From: Terriglobia bacterium
Lineage (GTDB): Bacteria; Acidobacteriota; Terriglobia; JAJPHL01; JAPKYU01
DNA length: 64,000 nt
Reading direction: 5' to 3'
Assembly (NCBI GenBank): GCA_965223005.1
Contig: CBDCVK010000009.1
Span: 51,386 to 115,385 of the forward strand
Of this stretch, positions 1-12,548 are shown piece by piece. Position numbers and translations under genes: made by a program. Below the pieces are notes generated by a model. That model saw nothing but the letters and a program-made list of their open reading frames with translations. It had not been told where the DNA came from and searched no databases. Positions within the stretch are counted from its first letter, which is position 1. Every line of letters starts with the position of its first letter.

Positions 1-130
1 TGTCTTCAATGGCGTAGTACTTGCCGCCAACCTGGAACAGGGCGACCGCGCGCCCAGCGACTTCTACCAGCTTGCCACTCGAGGGGTCTCCAAACTCCGC
101 CGTGGTAGCCACTTTGACAAATTCAGCCAT
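1..130 (-). CDS. Rieske-type [2Fe-2S] ferredoxin, N-terminal part (runs off window start)
   Basis: Manual translation from ATG at 130: MAEFVKVATTAEFGDPSSGKLVEVAGRAVALFQVGGKYYAIED, typical Rieske ferredoxin N-terminus; GGAG RBS upstream; not in the ORF track. Confidence 0.8.
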   Translation of the reverse strand, partial: MAEFVKVATTAEFGDPSSGKLVEVAGRAVALFQVGGKYYAIED

Positions 131-185
131 GGGTGTCTCCTTTTCGTCCGGTCGTCTGCTGATTCTGCTGATGAATGATGCGTGC

Positions 186-839
186 TCATTGCTGCAGCCC
201 GTAGCGTACACCGAATCGCGCCTGCATGAAGGTATCGAGAACCTGGGTGTAGAAACGCTGGCTGTGCTCACGCACCGCCCGCTCGGCTTCCTGGGGCGCG
301 GCGTAGTGGTGCAACTCGTGAAGGAACACGTCGAGCAGGCCCAGCCGGTAGCGGAACACCTCCAGCTCTTCCCGGTCTGCCTGCTGTACGGAAGGTTCAA
401 TGGCCAGGTCGGAGAGCAATAGCGGCTGCCACTCGCGGATGGTTTGAAAGGCCAGGTCCAGCTCGCCTACCGGCACCCCGCTAAGGGTTCGCAGTTTGCG
501 GGCAATGCGAGTTTCCGTTCCCGAACGGTGGTGATGCCCCAGGCACCCGCAGGGGTTTCGGCGCCGCAGGATGACCACCACGATCGGCGGCACTTTCTTC
601 AGGACTGCCTCGTACTGCCGGCGGATGGCAGTGGGAATCGTCAGCCAGGTTTCTTCCAGCGCGCCTCGCAACTCAGCGGCGGGAGCCCGCTCGCGCCGCG
701 AGTGGGCAATCAAGACCAGCGGCAGTTCCGGTGCCGGCCGCACCAGCGCCTGTTCGGAGCCCCGCAGGCTGAGATACAGCCGCCACAGGAGCCCCGAGCT
801 GTGAACCCGCTGGGCGCTGGAACCGAGTGGCCGCCGCAT
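186..839 (-). CDS. Hypothetical protein with HExxH (FLHELHHY) zincin-like motif
   Basis: 217-aa ORF, divergent from glnE; start uncertain. Confidence 0.6.
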   Translation of the reverse strand: MRRPLGSSAQRVHSSGLLWRLYLSLRGSEQALVRPAPELPLVLIAHSRRERAPAAELRGALEETWLTIPTAIRRQYEAVLKKVPPIVVVILRRRNPCGCLGHHHRSGTETRIARKLRTLSGVPVGELDLAFQTIREWQPLLLSDLAIEPSVQQADREELEVFRYRLGLLDVFLHELHHYAAPQEAERAVREHSQRFYTQVLDTFMQARFGVRYGLQQ

Positions 840-906
840 TCGCTGATTGTACAGCCGCTGATTGTACTGCGCCAGAGCGCAGACGGACTATGCTATATAA
901 GCGAAC

Positions 907-3900
907 GTGGAAGCGGCGTTGAGATCGGTCCAGTTCCTCCAGCCGGCGCGCGCAAGGGAAAACTTGGCGCGGCTCGAGCGGGAGCTGCCACCGGCGGCGC
1001 AGCAAGCGCTGCCGCGCCTTCTCCCCAGCGTGCCGGATCCCGATACGGCGCTCAGCAACCTGGAACGCTTCGCAGCTGCGGCGACGCCCGAGGTCCGCGA
1101 GTATCTGGGGCTGCACCCGCCGGCATTGCACCATCTGCTGTCCCTGTTTGCTTATAGCCAGTTCCTTGCCAACACGCTGATTAGCCAGCCGGATCTGGCC
1201 CTCTGGCTGGAGCAGGAGCCGACCCTGTACCGTGTGAAAACGGCGGAGGAGATGTCCCATTCGCTGAGCGCATTCGCGGACGAACCGCAGCAATCCGGCG
1301 TCGAGCTTGCAACACTGTTGGCCCGGTTCAAGCGGCGCGAGTACCTGCGCATCGTCTTGCGCGACGTTCTACATCTGGCGACGCTGCCGGAGATCACGCT
1401 GGAGCTGTCCGGGCTAGCCGACGCGATCCTCGAATACTCGCTGCAACACGCCCAGGCGGAATTGGAAGAACGCTACGGCAAGCCGCTGCTTGAGACCCCG
1501 ATGCCTGAGACCAAGGATGCCGCCGGTAGTGAAAATGCCGAGTGCCCCATGACTATCCTCTCCATGGGCAAACTCGGCGGCAACGAGCTGAACTACAGCT
1601 CCGACATTGACTTGGTCTTTCTCTACCGTGGCAATGGCGAGACCAGCGGGGGAATTTCCAACAAGGAGTACTTCGTCAAGCTGGCGCACCGGGTGGTAGG
1701 CAGGCTGACGGAATTTGGCCCCGAGGGGATGGTGTTCCGGGTGGACCTGCGCCTGCGCCCCCAAGGCGGGGAAGGCGACCTGGCCATTTCGCTGGAGGGC
1801 GCGCGCCAGTACTACGGCGAGCGTGCCCGGGACTGGGAACTGCAGGCGCTGGCCAAGGCCCGCCACTCGGCCGGCGACGCGGCTTTAGCGCGCGATTTCC
1901 TGGAGTACGTCCAACCGCTCATCTACCGCACCTCGGTGAACTTCGCGGCCATTGACAGCGTGCTGTTTGCCCGGGAACGCATCAGCACTGCTCTCGAGCG
2001 GCGGTCCTTACGAAACCCGGGCATTAACGTCAAGCTGGAACGGGGCGGCATCCGAGACATCGAGTTTCTTGCGCAGTGTCTGCAGCGGCTCTACGGCGGG
2101 CAGCAGAGCTGGCTGCGCTCCGGCGGGACCCTGTTTGCCCTGCAAAAGCTGGCTGAGAAGGGCTACCTGCGGCAGCGCGACTACGGCCCGTTGAGCCGCG
2201 CCTACCTGTTCCTGCGCCACATCGAGCACCTGCTGCAACTGGACCGCGGCCAGCAGACGCACCGCTTGCCTACCTCGCCCGACGCGCTGGCCGTGCTGGC
2301 GCGCCGCGCCCGCCTCGACCAGCACACGGGCGTCTCCGGCGGGAAAGCCACACGCCGGACCGCAGTCGTCCACGCCGAGGTCGGCGAGCCGCATCAAGAG
2401 GCGGCTGAGATTCTGCTGGCCGAAGTCGAGCGGCACATGAAGCAGGTGCGCGAGATTTACGACCGGCTAATCCTGGCTCACTCGCCCTCGAAAGTTGCTC
2501 ACCGCCCGTTCCGGCTTGAGCCCGAGGCCCCATTCACCACCGGGGAGCACGGCTATCCCGAACTGCTGCGCTACATCGAGAGCAACTGCCCGCCACTCTA
2601 TCAGGAGATTTCCCAGCTCCCGCTGCGGCGCGGGCGGAAAGCCCTGCAGCGGTTCATCACCAGCGCCTACGCTGGCGCGGAGGAGTTCGCCTTCCTCTGC
2701 CAGCACCCGCAGGTGGTGGAGCGGGCCGGGAACCTATTTGAACACAGCCCGTTTCTGAGCGAGCTGCTGGTGCGCCACCCGATGGAAATTTCCGAGTTGC
2801 TTGAGCTGCCGCCAGCGGGCGAAGCACTGGCCCTGGAGGAGCAGGGCCGGTTCCGGGTCGAAGCCGCCTACACGGTGCAGGATGACCCACTGCTGATGCA
2901 CGTGGCCTGTTCCGATGCCCCTTTCGCCGAGAAGATGGCCCTGATGCGCCGGCATCACCGCCGGAACCTAGTACGAGTGCACGCCCACAGCCTGCTAGGC
3001 CCCGTTCCGGTTTTCTCCACGCTGGAAGCCACCAGCGCGCTGGCCGAGCAGGCGTTGCGTGCCGCCTACCAGGCGGCGGTGAAGGAAACGGCGCGCACGA
3101 TGGCCCACCCCGTCGGAGACCTGATCGTGCTGGCGCTGGGGCGCCTAGGCATCCGCGAATTCGACATCGCCTCCGACGCCGACCTGGCTTTTCTCTACCG
3201 CGGTGGCGATCCGGAGGCCAAACACTTCTGGACGCGGGTGGCGGAACGGATGATCGAGATTCTGTCGGCCTACACCGGGGAGGGAACGATTCTTGCGGTG
3301 GATACACGCCTGCGCCCACGCGGCCGCGAGGGCGAACTGGTAGAAGCCGAAGCGGGCTTTGCGGAATATTTCGCCTCGGCAGCGCAGCCCTGGGAAGCCG
3401 TCACCTACATGAAATCGCGAGTGGTAGCCGGCGACGTTGCCGAGGGCACGGTGCTGCTGACGCGCATCCAGAACACGATCGGTGAGCGCTTTGGGCAAGG
3501 ACCGGAGGCCGCCCAAAAGCTGGCCGAGATGCGCAAGAAGCTGGAAGCCATCGCCACCCCTCACAACCGGCTCAAGACTGCCCCGGGCGGCTACTACGAT
3601 ATTGATTTCATCCTGACTTACCTGCGCCTGCAGGCGGCTCAGGTCTTTTTTCCCTCACTGAACACTCTGGACCGGCTGCGGGTGGTCGAGTGGATGAACC
3701 AGTTGCGCCCCGACCAGATCCAGACGTTGCGCGAGGGAGCAATGTTTCTGCGTGGGTTGGAGCACGCGTTACGCGTTTCCACAGGTCGCTCTGACAGCGA
3801 ATTGCCGCTAGCCGACCCTCAGGCTGAAGCCTTGGCGGGGCTGGCCGAGCGCTGGCTGCCCCAAGCCCTGCGCGGCCGCCCCCTGGCGGAGTCTCTAGAA

Positions 3901-3948
3901 ACAGTCACGTCGCGGGTCCGCGGTGTCTTCCACGAAATCTTCGGGTAG
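907..3948 (+). CDS. glnE: Bifunctional glutamine synthetase adenylyltransferase/adenylyl-removing enzyme
   Basis: Two nucleotidyltransferase domains: MGKLGGNELNYSSDIDL...RVDLRLRP...GGIRDIEF and LGRLGIREFDIASDADL...VDTRLRP. Confidence 0.95.
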   Translation: MEAALRSVQFLQPARARENLARLERELPPAAQQALPRLLPSVPDPDTALSNLERFAAAATPEVREYLGLHPPALHHLLSLFAYSQFLANTLISQPDLALWLEQEPTLYRVKTAEEMSHSLSAFADEPQQSGVELATLLARFKRREYLRIVLRDVLHLATLPEITLELSGLADAILEYSLQHAQAELEERYGKPLLETPMPETKDAAGSENAECPMTILSMGKLGGNELNYSSDIDLVFLYRGNGETSGGISNKEYFVKLAHRVVGRLTEFGPEGMVFRVDLRLRPQGGEGDLAISLEGARQYYGERARDWELQALAKARHSAGDAALARDFLEYVQPLIYRTSVNFAAIDSVLFARERISTALERRSLRNPGINVKLERGGIRDIEFLAQCLQRLYGGQQSWLRSGGTLFALQKLAEKGYLRQRDYGPLSRAYLFLRHIEHLLQLDRGQQTHRLPTSPDALAVLARRARLDQHTGVSGGKATRRTAVVHAEVGEPHQEAAEILLAEVERHMKQVREIYDRLILAHSPSKVAHRPFRLEPEAPFTTGEHGYPELLRYIESNCPPLYQEISQLPLRRGRKALQRFITSAYAGAEEFAFLCQHPQVVERAGNLFEHSPFLSELLVRHPMEISELLELPPAGEALALEEQGRFRVEAAYTVQDDPLLMHVACSDAPFAEKMALMRRHHRRNLVRVHAHSLLGPVPVFSTLEATSALAEQALRAAYQAAVKETARTMAHPVGDLIVLALGRLGIREFDIASDADLAFLYRGGDPEAKHFWTRVAERMIEILSAYTGEGTILAVDTRLRPRGREGELVEAEAGFAEYFASAAQPWEAVTYMKSRVVAGDVAEGTVLLTRIQNTIGERFGQGPEAAQKLAEMRKKLEAIATPHNRLKTAPGGYYDIDFILTYLRLQAAQVFFPSLNTLDRLRVVEWMNQLRPDQIQTLREGAMFLRGLEHALRVSTGRSDSELPLADPQAEALAGLAERWLPQALRGRPLAESLETVTSRVRGVFHEIFG

Positions 3949-4000
3949 GTCCAGAGTCAACAATACGAAGTGCAAAGCCTGAAGTCGAAAGCCGTACTCA

Positions 4001-5437
4001 CTAGAGCTTCTGGTAGGTGTTCCAGACGCCGTAGAAGGCGGCGGCGAAGAAGCCCAGCAGGGAAAGCCACAGGAAGACATCCCACAACAAGCCTGGGGTG
4101 AGGCGACGGTCGCTTCTGCGGTAGCGCATGTAGACGGCAGCGGCGGCGATCATGGGCAGCGTCAGCGCCTGGCCGAACCCGCCAATGATGACCAGCTGCA
4201 CCGGGTTGGAAACCCACACAAACAGGATGAGATGCACAAACGGAAACACGAAGCAGAAACGGCGAATCCACCACCACCGGTCGCCCGGGTGGGTAAGCCG
4301 GATGAAGCCATTCACCTTCAGAAAATCGGTCAGGGTGCGACCGATGGTGGCGTTGGAGACAAAGAAAGTAGAGAACAGCACGGAAAAGGCGCCGATCACA
4401 ATGAACCAGAGAGCCGCCCGCTCGCCCAGCACCGGCACGTACATTTGCGAAAGAGCTTGCAACAGGCCGCTGACAGTACCGGGCAACCCTTCCGGCCCGG
4501 TGTATTGGTGTAAGACCGCGGCCCCCAGCAGATAGAAGGCCAGTGTGGCCACCGTGAACACGACCATGCTCAGAAAGGCGTCCAAGCGCATCACGCGGAG
4601 CCACCCACGGGCGCGTCGGATCCATGCCTCATCCGTGGCCTCATCCGTGCTGCGCGGGCCGACGTGGCGCGCATAGCCTTTCTCGATGCAGTAGTAGGGG
4701 TAGCAGATCAGTTCGGTGGCTCCCACACCGGTGATGCCAAACATCGCAAACGCCGCCCCAATTGCATGGGGGGGGATCTGGAAAGAAAGCCCGGAGGAGA
4801 TCTCGCGCCAGCCAAAGGAGTGGCCGGTCCAGGGCAGCAGCGCCACGCATCCTACGGTCATCATCGTGAAGACCGCCACCAGCAGGACGGAGCTGCGCTC
4901 CACCACCGAGTAGGTGCCCACCGCCAAAAGCGTTGCCGTCAGCAGCGTAACCAGCACCGCCCAAGGCAACTCGGGCCGGGCAGCGAGGCCCACTCCTTCA
5001 GCGATCGCAGAGGAAAGGCCAGGCACAGCCATGTGGACCGCCTGACCAACGCCGCCTACCATGGCTGCCAACTGCGCCTGGACCGCCAGCATCATCACCA
5101 GCCACCACCAGGGCAGCAGGAAGCCTGGCCCGGGCAGTTGCCGAAACCCGTCGAACGTCGTCAGGCCCGAGGAGATGGTGTAGCGTGCCAGCTCGATCTG
5201 CGCGAAAGTCTTGATGAAGCAGCTCACAATCACCAGCCACAGCAGGGCGAAGCCAGCCTGCGCGCCCACGTGTGTGGTGGCGATCAGTTCCCCGGTGCCC
5301 ACGATAGTAGCGGCAAGGATCAGACCGGGACCGATGTGGCGCAGCGATTGCCGCAGCGAAGTCGGCGGTTCCCGGACCGCGTCTTCCGATAAGGTGTAGG
5401 GGTCTATAGGAACTGCGCCTTGGGCCTGCTGCTCCAT
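4001..5437 (-). CDS. Nramp-family/APC-superfamily membrane transporter
   Basis: IGPGLILAATIVGTGELI motif, about 11 hydrophobic segments. Confidence 0.8.
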   Translation of the reverse strand: MEQQAQGAVPIDPYTLSEDAVREPPTSLRQSLRHIGPGLILAATIVGTGELIATTHVGAQAGFALLWLVIVSCFIKTFAQIELARYTISSGLTTFDGFRQLPGPGFLLPWWWLVMMLAVQAQLAAMVGGVGQAVHMAVPGLSSAIAEGVGLAARPELPWAVLVTLLTATLLAVGTYSVVERSSVLLVAVFTMMTVGCVALLPWTGHSFGWREISSGLSFQIPPHAIGAAFAMFGITGVGATELICYPYYCIEKGYARHVGPRSTDEATDEAWIRRARGWLRVMRLDAFLSMVVFTVATLAFYLLGAAVLHQYTGPEGLPGTVSGLLQALSQMYVPVLGERAALWFIVIGAFSVLFSTFFVSNATIGRTLTDFLKVNGFIRLTHPGDRWWWIRRFCFVFPFVHLILFVWVSNPVQLVIIGGFGQALTLPMIAAAAVYMRYRRSDRRLTPGLLWDVFLWLSLLGFFAAAFYGVWNTYQKL

Positions 5438-5613
5438 GCCGGTTCAAAGTATCGAAATGCCGACAGGCCTGTAAACACTTTCCGCGCGGCTCACAACAGC
5501 CGGGAACGAGTCTTGCCGGCGGGCAGGCTGCCAGTTGAAAAGCGTGTGCCGAGGGTGCTAACTTTCGTTCGCGGGGGAAGTGGGCAGTCTGGGAGGAAGG
5601 AGCGCATAGCTTT

Positions 5614-6882
<1,269 letters not shown>

Positions 6883-6927
6883 GCGTTTTGGCCAATCTGA
6901 AATCCGCAATTCTTCTTGGGAGATTCC

Positions 6928-7857
6928 ATGCGTAAAAAAATCACCGTGGTAGGAGCGGGCAACGTAGGCGCTACCAGCGCCCAGCGGCTCGCCGACAAAG
7001 CCCTGGGCGACGTGGTGCTCACCGACATCATTGAGGGCGTGCCGCAGGGCAAGGCCCTGGATCTGCTCCAGGCCGGCCCCGTCGAGGGCTACGATGTGCT
7101 GCTCACAGGCGCCAACAACTACGAACCCACCGCCCACTCCGACATCGTCGTCGTCACCGCCGGTTTCCCCCGCAAACCTGGCATGAGCCGCGATGACCTG
7201 GTGCTGAAGAACTCCGAGGTGGTGAAGCAGGCGGTGGAGCAGGTGGTGAAGTACTCTCCTGAGTGCATCCTGATCGTGGTCACCAACCCGCTGGACGCCA
7301 TGTGCCATGTCGCCTACGACACTGCCGGGTTCTCCAAGAACCGGGTGATTGGCATGGCCGGCATCCTGGATTCTTCTCGCTTCCGCACCTTCATCGCCCA
7401 AGAACTGAACGTCTCAGTGGAGAACACTCACGCCTTCGTGCTTGGGGGCCACGGCGACACCATGGTGCCATTGGCGCGCTTCTCCACCGTGGCCGGCATC
7501 CCCATCACCGAACTGCTGGACCAAGCCACCATAGACCGGCTCATCCAGCGCACGCGCGACGGCGGCGCCGAGATCGTCAAGCTGCTGAAGGCGGGCAGCG
7601 CCTACTACGCTCCCTCGGCGGCTATAGTCGAGATGGTGGATGCCATCCTGAACGACCGAAAAAAAATCCTGCCTTGCGCCGCGTACCTGGAGGGCGAGTA
7701 CGGCATCCGCAATCTGTTTGTTGGCGTGCCCTGCAAACTGGGCGCCCGCGGTCTGGAGCAAGTCCTGGAGATCAAGCTGACCCCGGAGGAAGACGCCGCT
7801 CTGAAGAAGAGCGCGGCGGCCGTGCAGGCGCTGGTAGACGTCATCCGCCGCAAGTAG
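6928..7857 (+). CDS. mdh: Malate dehydrogenase (LDH-like)
   Basis: [33 protein letters not shown]. Confidence 0.97.
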   Translation: MRKKITVVGAGNVGATSAQRLADKALGDVVLTDIIEGVPQGKALDLLQAGPVEGYDVLLTGANNYEPTAHSDIVVVTAGFPRKPGMSRDDLVLKNSEVVKQAVEQVVKYSPECILIVVTNPLDAMCHVAYDTAGFSKNRVIGMAGILDSSRFRTFIAQELNVSVENTHAFVLGGHGDTMVPLARFSTVAGIPITELLDQATIDRLIQRTRDGGAEIVKLLKAGSAYYAPSAAIVEMVDAILNDRKKILPCAAYLEGEYGIRNLFVGVPCKLGARGLEQVLEIKLTPEEDAALKKSAAAVQALVDVIRRK

Positions 7858-7954
7858 GAACGCGAGCGCCCCGCACTTCGGCCTTGAGCCGCTGGTTCCC
7901 AATGCAGGTGCGTGCCAGATTGGCCCTCCGCTTACATCACTAGAGCAATATCGG

Positions 7955-8872
7955 CTAGGGAGATTGCAGGGCTCGCTTGGCGTGGTAGGAGCTGCGCACA
8001 AATGGCCCGGACTCGACGTGCTGGAAGCCAATGGCGGTGGCAACCTGCTTCAGCTCGGCAAATTCTTCAGGAGTGTAGTAGCGAACAATGGGCAAGTGCT
8101 TGGTCGAGGGGCGCAGGTACTGACCGATGGTAATGATGTCCACCCGGTGTTCATGCAGGTCACGTAGAGTCTGAACGATTTCCTCACGCTGTTCGCCCAA
8201 TCCCAGCATTATTCCGGACTTGGTTGGTGTCTGGCCGGATTTAGTTGGGCCGGATTTAGTTGGCGTCTGCGGGGTCATCTCCTTGGCAGAGCGGAGTAGC
8301 CCCAGGGAGCGGTGGTAGCGGGAGCCCGGGCGCACCGGGCGGTAAAGGCGTTCGATGGTCTCGATGTTGTGGTTGAACACGTCGGGGTGAGCGTCGAGCA
8401 CGATGCGCAAGGCCTCGAGCGACCCCTGAAAGTCGGGCACCAGCACCTCCACCTTGCAGCCGGGGGTCCGGCGTCGGATTTCAGCGATGGTCAGGGCGAA
8501 CAGGGCGGCGCCGCCGTCCTTGCGATCGTCCCGATCCACGGAAGTGACCACGGCGTGCTCGAGCCCCAGCCGGGCCACCGCTTCAGCCACCCGTCGCGGC
8601 TCGTCCCAATCCACTTGCATCGGCGCGCCCTTGGGCACTGCACAAAAGCCGCAGCGGCGCGTGCAGACGTTGCCCAGGATCATGAAGGTGGCCGTGCGCT
8701 GCTCCCAGCACTCGCCGATATTGGGGCAATGGGCGCTTTCGCAGACCGTGTGCAGGCGCTCGCCTTCTATCAGCGCCTTCAGTTCGCGGTAGTTGGGGCC
8801 GCCAGGCGCGCGTACCTTCAGCCATTTCGGTCGCTCGCCTGCTGCCGGGCGGTTTTCCAGCGTTACCAGCAT
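7955..8872 (-). CDS. lipA: Lipoyl synthase
   Basis: [21 protein letters not shown]-terminal RSSY; probable start MLVTLENR at 8872. Confidence 0.96.
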   Translation of the reverse strand: MLVTLENRPAAGERPKWLKVRAPGGPNYRELKALIEGERLHTVCESAHCPNIGECWEQRTATFMILGNVCTRRCGFCAVPKGAPMQVDWDEPRRVAEAVARLGLEHAVVTSVDRDDRKDGGAALFALTIAEIRRRTPGCKVEVLVPDFQGSLEALRIVLDAHPDVFNHNIETIERLYRPVRPGSRYHRSLGLLRSAKEMTPQTPTKSGPTKSGQTPTKSGIMLGLGEQREEIVQTLRDLHEHRVDIITIGQYLRPSTKHLPIVRYYTPEEFAELKQVATAIGFQHVESGPFVRSSYHAKRALQSP

Positions 8873-9044
8873 GGCTCCCCTTATTATGCCAGCGATCGGA
8901 GTGCGACTCGGCAACAAATGAAATGCCCGGCAATAAACAAGCGAAAGCCCGATGGGGCAGATAACCACAGTAAGAGGGGCTTGGCTCAGCCACCCGGACC
9001 AACCATAATAGCGCCCGCCCAACTCGTGGGCCGAGAGGACTCGC

Positions 9045-9947
9045 ATGACACAAGTAGATCGCATCTCCCTGACTCTCCTTTTTGTTTTGGCCATTTCTCT
9101 GCTGATTCCTTTATGGGCTGATCCTTTATGGTCTGATCCGGCGCCGCCAGCGACCTCGAAAGCCCCCTTTCACAACTCGGTGAAGAAGGCGCTCCAAGAA
9201 GGCAAGGTAGTCATTGGAGCTGCCGTCAATATGGGCAGCGCCGATGCGGCCGCCACGCTGGCCGATGCCGGCTTCGACTTTGTCTGGATCGAGATGGAGC
9301 ACGGCCCGATCACGTTGGAGTCGGCCCGGGAGATGATCCTGGCCACGCGCGGTCTGAAGGCGGTGCCCTTCATCCGGGTGCCCGAGAAGCGGCACTGGCT
9401 TGCAAAGCGCGTGCTCGATATCGGCAGTCTGGGTGTGGCCTTCCCCTTCGTTTCCACGCGCCAGCAGGCCCAGCAGGCAGTGGCCGCCTGCAAGTATCCG
9501 CCGGAGGGCATCCGCGGATTCGGCCCGACCCTGGCGGCGGCGCGCTGGGGCCTGTCCAGCAGCGACTATGCTGGTTGGGCCAACGACAACGTGATGGTGA
9601 TCACCCTGATTGAAAGCAAGGAAGGGGTGGAAAATATCGAGGAGATCGCGTCGGTGCCCGGCATTGATCTAATGTTTATCGGTACCTCCGACCTCTCCTA
9701 TTCGCTGGACGTCGGGGGGCAGGTGGCGCATCCGCGGGTGGAGCAGGCTGTCGCCCGGGTGCTGGCGGCTGGCAAGAAGTACAAAGTGGCGGTCGGCTAC
9801 CCTACCGGCGACCCCGCGCAGATGAAGAAACGGGTCAAGCAGGGCTTTCGCGTCTTTCTGGTCGGCAGCGACGTGACGTTGTTGCGGGCCGGGGCCCGTC
9901 ATTTGCTTACTGGCGCCAGCGAGGCGATTCCCGGGGGCATTTACTAG
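9045..9947 (+). CDS. HpcH/HpaI aldolase-family protein with N-terminal signal-peptide-like leader
   Basis: [52 protein letters not shown]. Confidence 0.88.
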   Translation: MTQVDRISLTLLFVLAISLLIPLWADPLWSDPAPPATSKAPFHNSVKKALQEGKVVIGAAVNMGSADAAATLADAGFDFVWIEMEHGPITLESAREMILATRGLKAVPFIRVPEKRHWLAKRVLDIGSLGVAFPFVSTRQQAQQAVAACKYPPEGIRGFGPTLAAARWGLSSSDYAGWANDNVMVITLIESKEGVENIEEIASVPGIDLMFIGTSDLSYSLDVGGQVAHPRVEQAVARVLAAGKKYKVAVGYPTGDPAQMKKRVKQGFRVFLVGSDVTLLRAGARHLLTGASEAIPGGIY

Positions 9948-10105
9948 ACGCCGGAGTCTCAACTCCTGGCAGCAGGCGGGGCGTGCCGACTGCCGCTCGA
10001 CCTTCCCGCCAGAATACGGGCGCGTGCACTTCGCCCTGGAGAGAGAGTTTGGGTCGAGTTTGTGTGGCCAATTCCGGCCACCGGGAATATGATGGACGCC
10101 GGAGT

Positions 10106-10513
10106 ATGGCGAGGAAGTACCGACAAAAAGGCTACATGGACGTTGATCGGGAGGCGTCTGGCGAGAAGCGCCCACCGAAACAGGACCTGGGCGGTCCTCG
10201 CATGCTGCGCATGCCCGCCGCGCGGACGGTGATGCGTTGCGCCGGGTGCGGCACGCTGCTTCCTCCGGCGGTGGATACCGGCGGCCAGTGCCCGCGCTGT
10301 GGTTTTGAACTGCATAGCTGCAAGCAATGCGTCAACTTCGACACGGGCAGCCGCTTCGAGTGCAGTAAGCCGATCGCGGAGCGCATCACCCCCAAAGACG
10401 CCCGCAACGAGTGCTCGTTCTATGAGCCGCGGACGACCGTGGAGCGCGACACCTCCTCCGGCGGCCGGCCTGCCAACGCGCGCAGCGCCTTCGATAATCT
10501 GTTCAAAAAGTAG
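10106..10513 (+). CDS. Conserved cysteine-rich zinc-ribbon protein
   Basis: MARKYRQKGY start; CAGC, CPRC, CKQC motifs; C-terminal AFDNLFKK. Confidence 0.7.
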   Translation: MARKYRQKGYMDVDREASGEKRPPKQDLGGPRMLRMPAARTVMRCAGCGTLLPPAVDTGGQCPRCGFELHSCKQCVNFDTGSRFECSKPIAERITPKDARNECSFYEPRTTVERDTSSGGRPANARSAFDNLFKK

Positions 10514-10560
10514 CGGCGGCTTTTGACCGGGGGACTTTAGCTTTAGTAGCACAGCGGCTC

Positions 10561-11301
10561 GTGCGGACCACCAGCAGCGAAATCCCACTGCTTCATCTCC
10601 AGAAGCGAATCATTGTCTGCCAGCGCTGCCCGCGCTTGGTGAGGCACCGCCGAAAGGTGGCGCGCGAGAAGCGTCGGGCGTTTCAGGACTGGGACTACTG
10701 GGGCCGGCCGCTGCCCTCCTTCGGCGATCCCGACGCACGGCTGCTGATCCTGGGCCTGGCCCCGGCAGCCCACGGGGGCAACCGCACCGGGCGGATGTTC
10801 ACCGGCGACCGCTCCGGCGACTTCCTCTATGGCGCGCTGTATCGCGCCGGGTTCGCCAGCCAGCCCACTGCGGTGCACCGCGGCGACGGCCTCCAGTTGC
10901 GCGATGCCTACATCACCGCTGCGGTTCGCTGCGCTCCACCCGGCAACAAGCCCACGCTCGAGGAGCAGGCCCGCTGCCGCCCCTTCCTGGCGCGGGAGCT
11001 GGAATTGTTGCCCAACATCCGGGCTGTGCTGGCCCTGGGCGAAATCGGCTTTGATGGCTACCTCCGCCTGCTCCGGGACACCGGGCGCGTCGCCTCGCTG
11101 GCCCCCTATCGCTTCGCCCACGGCGCCCGCTACGTGCTGCCGCCGCCCTTGCCGGTCCTGTTCGTCTGTTATCATCCCAGCCAGCAGAACACGTTTACCG
11201 GCAGGCTGACGCCCCGGATGCTGGACACGCTGCTCGGCCGCGTCCGCCGCTTCTTAGTAAACAAACGACGGCAAGAAAACGAGGGTTCAAAGAGCAAGTA
11301 A
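10561..11301 (+). CDS. Uracil-DNA glycosylase, family 5 (UdgB-like)
   Basis: CQRCPRL, GLAPAAHGGNRTGRMFTGDRSG, YHPSQQN. Confidence 0.92.
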   Translation: MRTTSSEIPLLHLQKRIIVCQRCPRLVRHRRKVAREKRRAFQDWDYWGRPLPSFGDPDARLLILGLAPAAHGGNRTGRMFTGDRSGDFLYGALYRAGFASQPTAVHRGDGLQLRDAYITAAVRCAPPGNKPTLEEQARCRPFLARELELLPNIRAVLALGEIGFDGYLRLLRDTGRVASLAPYRFAHGARYVLPPPLPVLFVCYHPSQQNTFTGRLTPRMLDTLLGRVRRFLVNKRRQENEGSKSK

Positions 11302-11361
11302 ATGGGAATTTGCAGCGTTTCTATCAGCACACGATCTGAGACGGAAACGCAACATGTCCTT

Positions 11362-11399
11362 TTCTGGTAGAAACTTACGGTTCTGGTAGAAACTTACGG
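11362..11399. repeat. Perfect 19-bp tandem duplication TTCTGGTAGAAACTTACGG x2
   Basis: Read directly: 11362-11380 and 11381-11399. Confidence 0.9.
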
Positions 11400-11471
11400 G
11401 CAAAGCCTTTTTTGACGGGGTGACACCAGTGCTTTTCCACGAGGCTTTCAGGGCAATTGGCATATGGTAGA

Positions 11472-12548
11472 ATGGCCGACCGCTTGTCAGAGCACGCCAT
11501 TTCACCCCTTTCACGGGGGGGGAGGGTACGCCCAGTGGGATTGGACACCGAGCTTCTGCACCAGATGCTGTATTACATGAAACTCCAGCGCGAGCTGGAG
11601 GAGCGCATCGAGTTCAAGCTCTACCGCCAGGGACTGATCGTGGGCGGTGTCTACGGAGGGCGCGGTCAGGAGGCCATTGGGGTCGGCAGCGCGCTCATCT
11701 CCCAGCAGGACGATGTGCTGTGCCCGTCGCACCGGGACCTGGGGGCGTTCCTGGTGCGCGGCATGAGTGCGCGCACGGTGCTGGCACAGTTTATGGGACG
11801 GGTGGACGGCCCGACCCGCGGGCGCGACGGCAACATGCACATGGGCGACCTGGGCCTGAATCTCATTGCCTTCATTAGCAGCATTGGGTCCATCGTCCCG
11901 GTGGCCGGCGGCGCCGCCCTGGCTCTGCGCTACCAAGGCAAGCCCAACGTGGTCTTCTGCTACTTCGGCGACGGGGCCACCAGCCGCGGCGACTGGCATG
12001 AAGGGTTAAACCTGGCCGCCGTGCAGAAACTCCCCGTCGTCTACCTGTGCAACAACAACCTGTACGCCTATTCGACCCCGGTGGAGTTGCAGATGCCCGT
12101 GAAACACGTGGCCGACCGTGGCCCGGCGTATGGGATTCCGGCGGAGATTGTGGATGGCAACGATGTCATCGCGGTCCACCAAGCTGCCCAGCAGGCCGTC
12201 GAGCACGCTCGCTCCGGTCGCGGGCCGGCTATGATCGAGTGCAAGACCTTCCGTATGACCGGTCATTCGGCGCACGACAAGGCTGAGTATGTCCCCAAGG
12301 CGTTGTTTGAGGAGTGGGCGAGCAAGGACCCCATCACCCGCCTGGAGGCGGTGATGATGGAGTGGGGCTTCCTGTCGGAGGCGCCACTGGGCGAGTTGAA
12401 CCGTCGCATCATCGCCGAAGTGGATGAGGCGGTGAGCTGGGCCGAACAGCGCCCCTTCCCCGATCCGGCTACTGTGCTGGACAACGTGTACGATGGGCGG
12501 CAAGAATCGCCGGCGTCGCGGCGGACCTTTTCCGCCGCCCGGGGCTAA
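11472..12548 (+). CDS. TPP-dependent 2-oxoacid dehydrogenase E1 alpha subunit (PdhA/BkdA-like)
   Basis: GQEA, FGDGATSRGDWHEGLNLA...NNLYAYS, RMTGHSAHD; start uncertain. Confidence 0.9.
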   Translation: MADRLSEHAISPLSRGGRVRPVGLDTELLHQMLYYMKLQRELEERIEFKLYRQGLIVGGVYGGRGQEAIGVGSALISQQDDVLCPSHRDLGAFLVRGMSARTVLAQFMGRVDGPTRGRDGNMHMGDLGLNLIAFISSIGSIVPVAGGAALALRYQGKPNVVFCYFGDGATSRGDWHEGLNLAAVQKLPVVYLCNNNLYAYSTPVELQMPVKHVADRGPAYGIPAEIVDGNDVIAVHQAAQQAVEHARSGRGPAMIECKTFRMTGHSAHDKAEYVPKALFEEWASKDPITRLEAVMMEWGFLSEAPLGELNRRIIAEVDEAVSWAEQRPFPDPATVLDNVYDGRQESPASRRTFSAARG

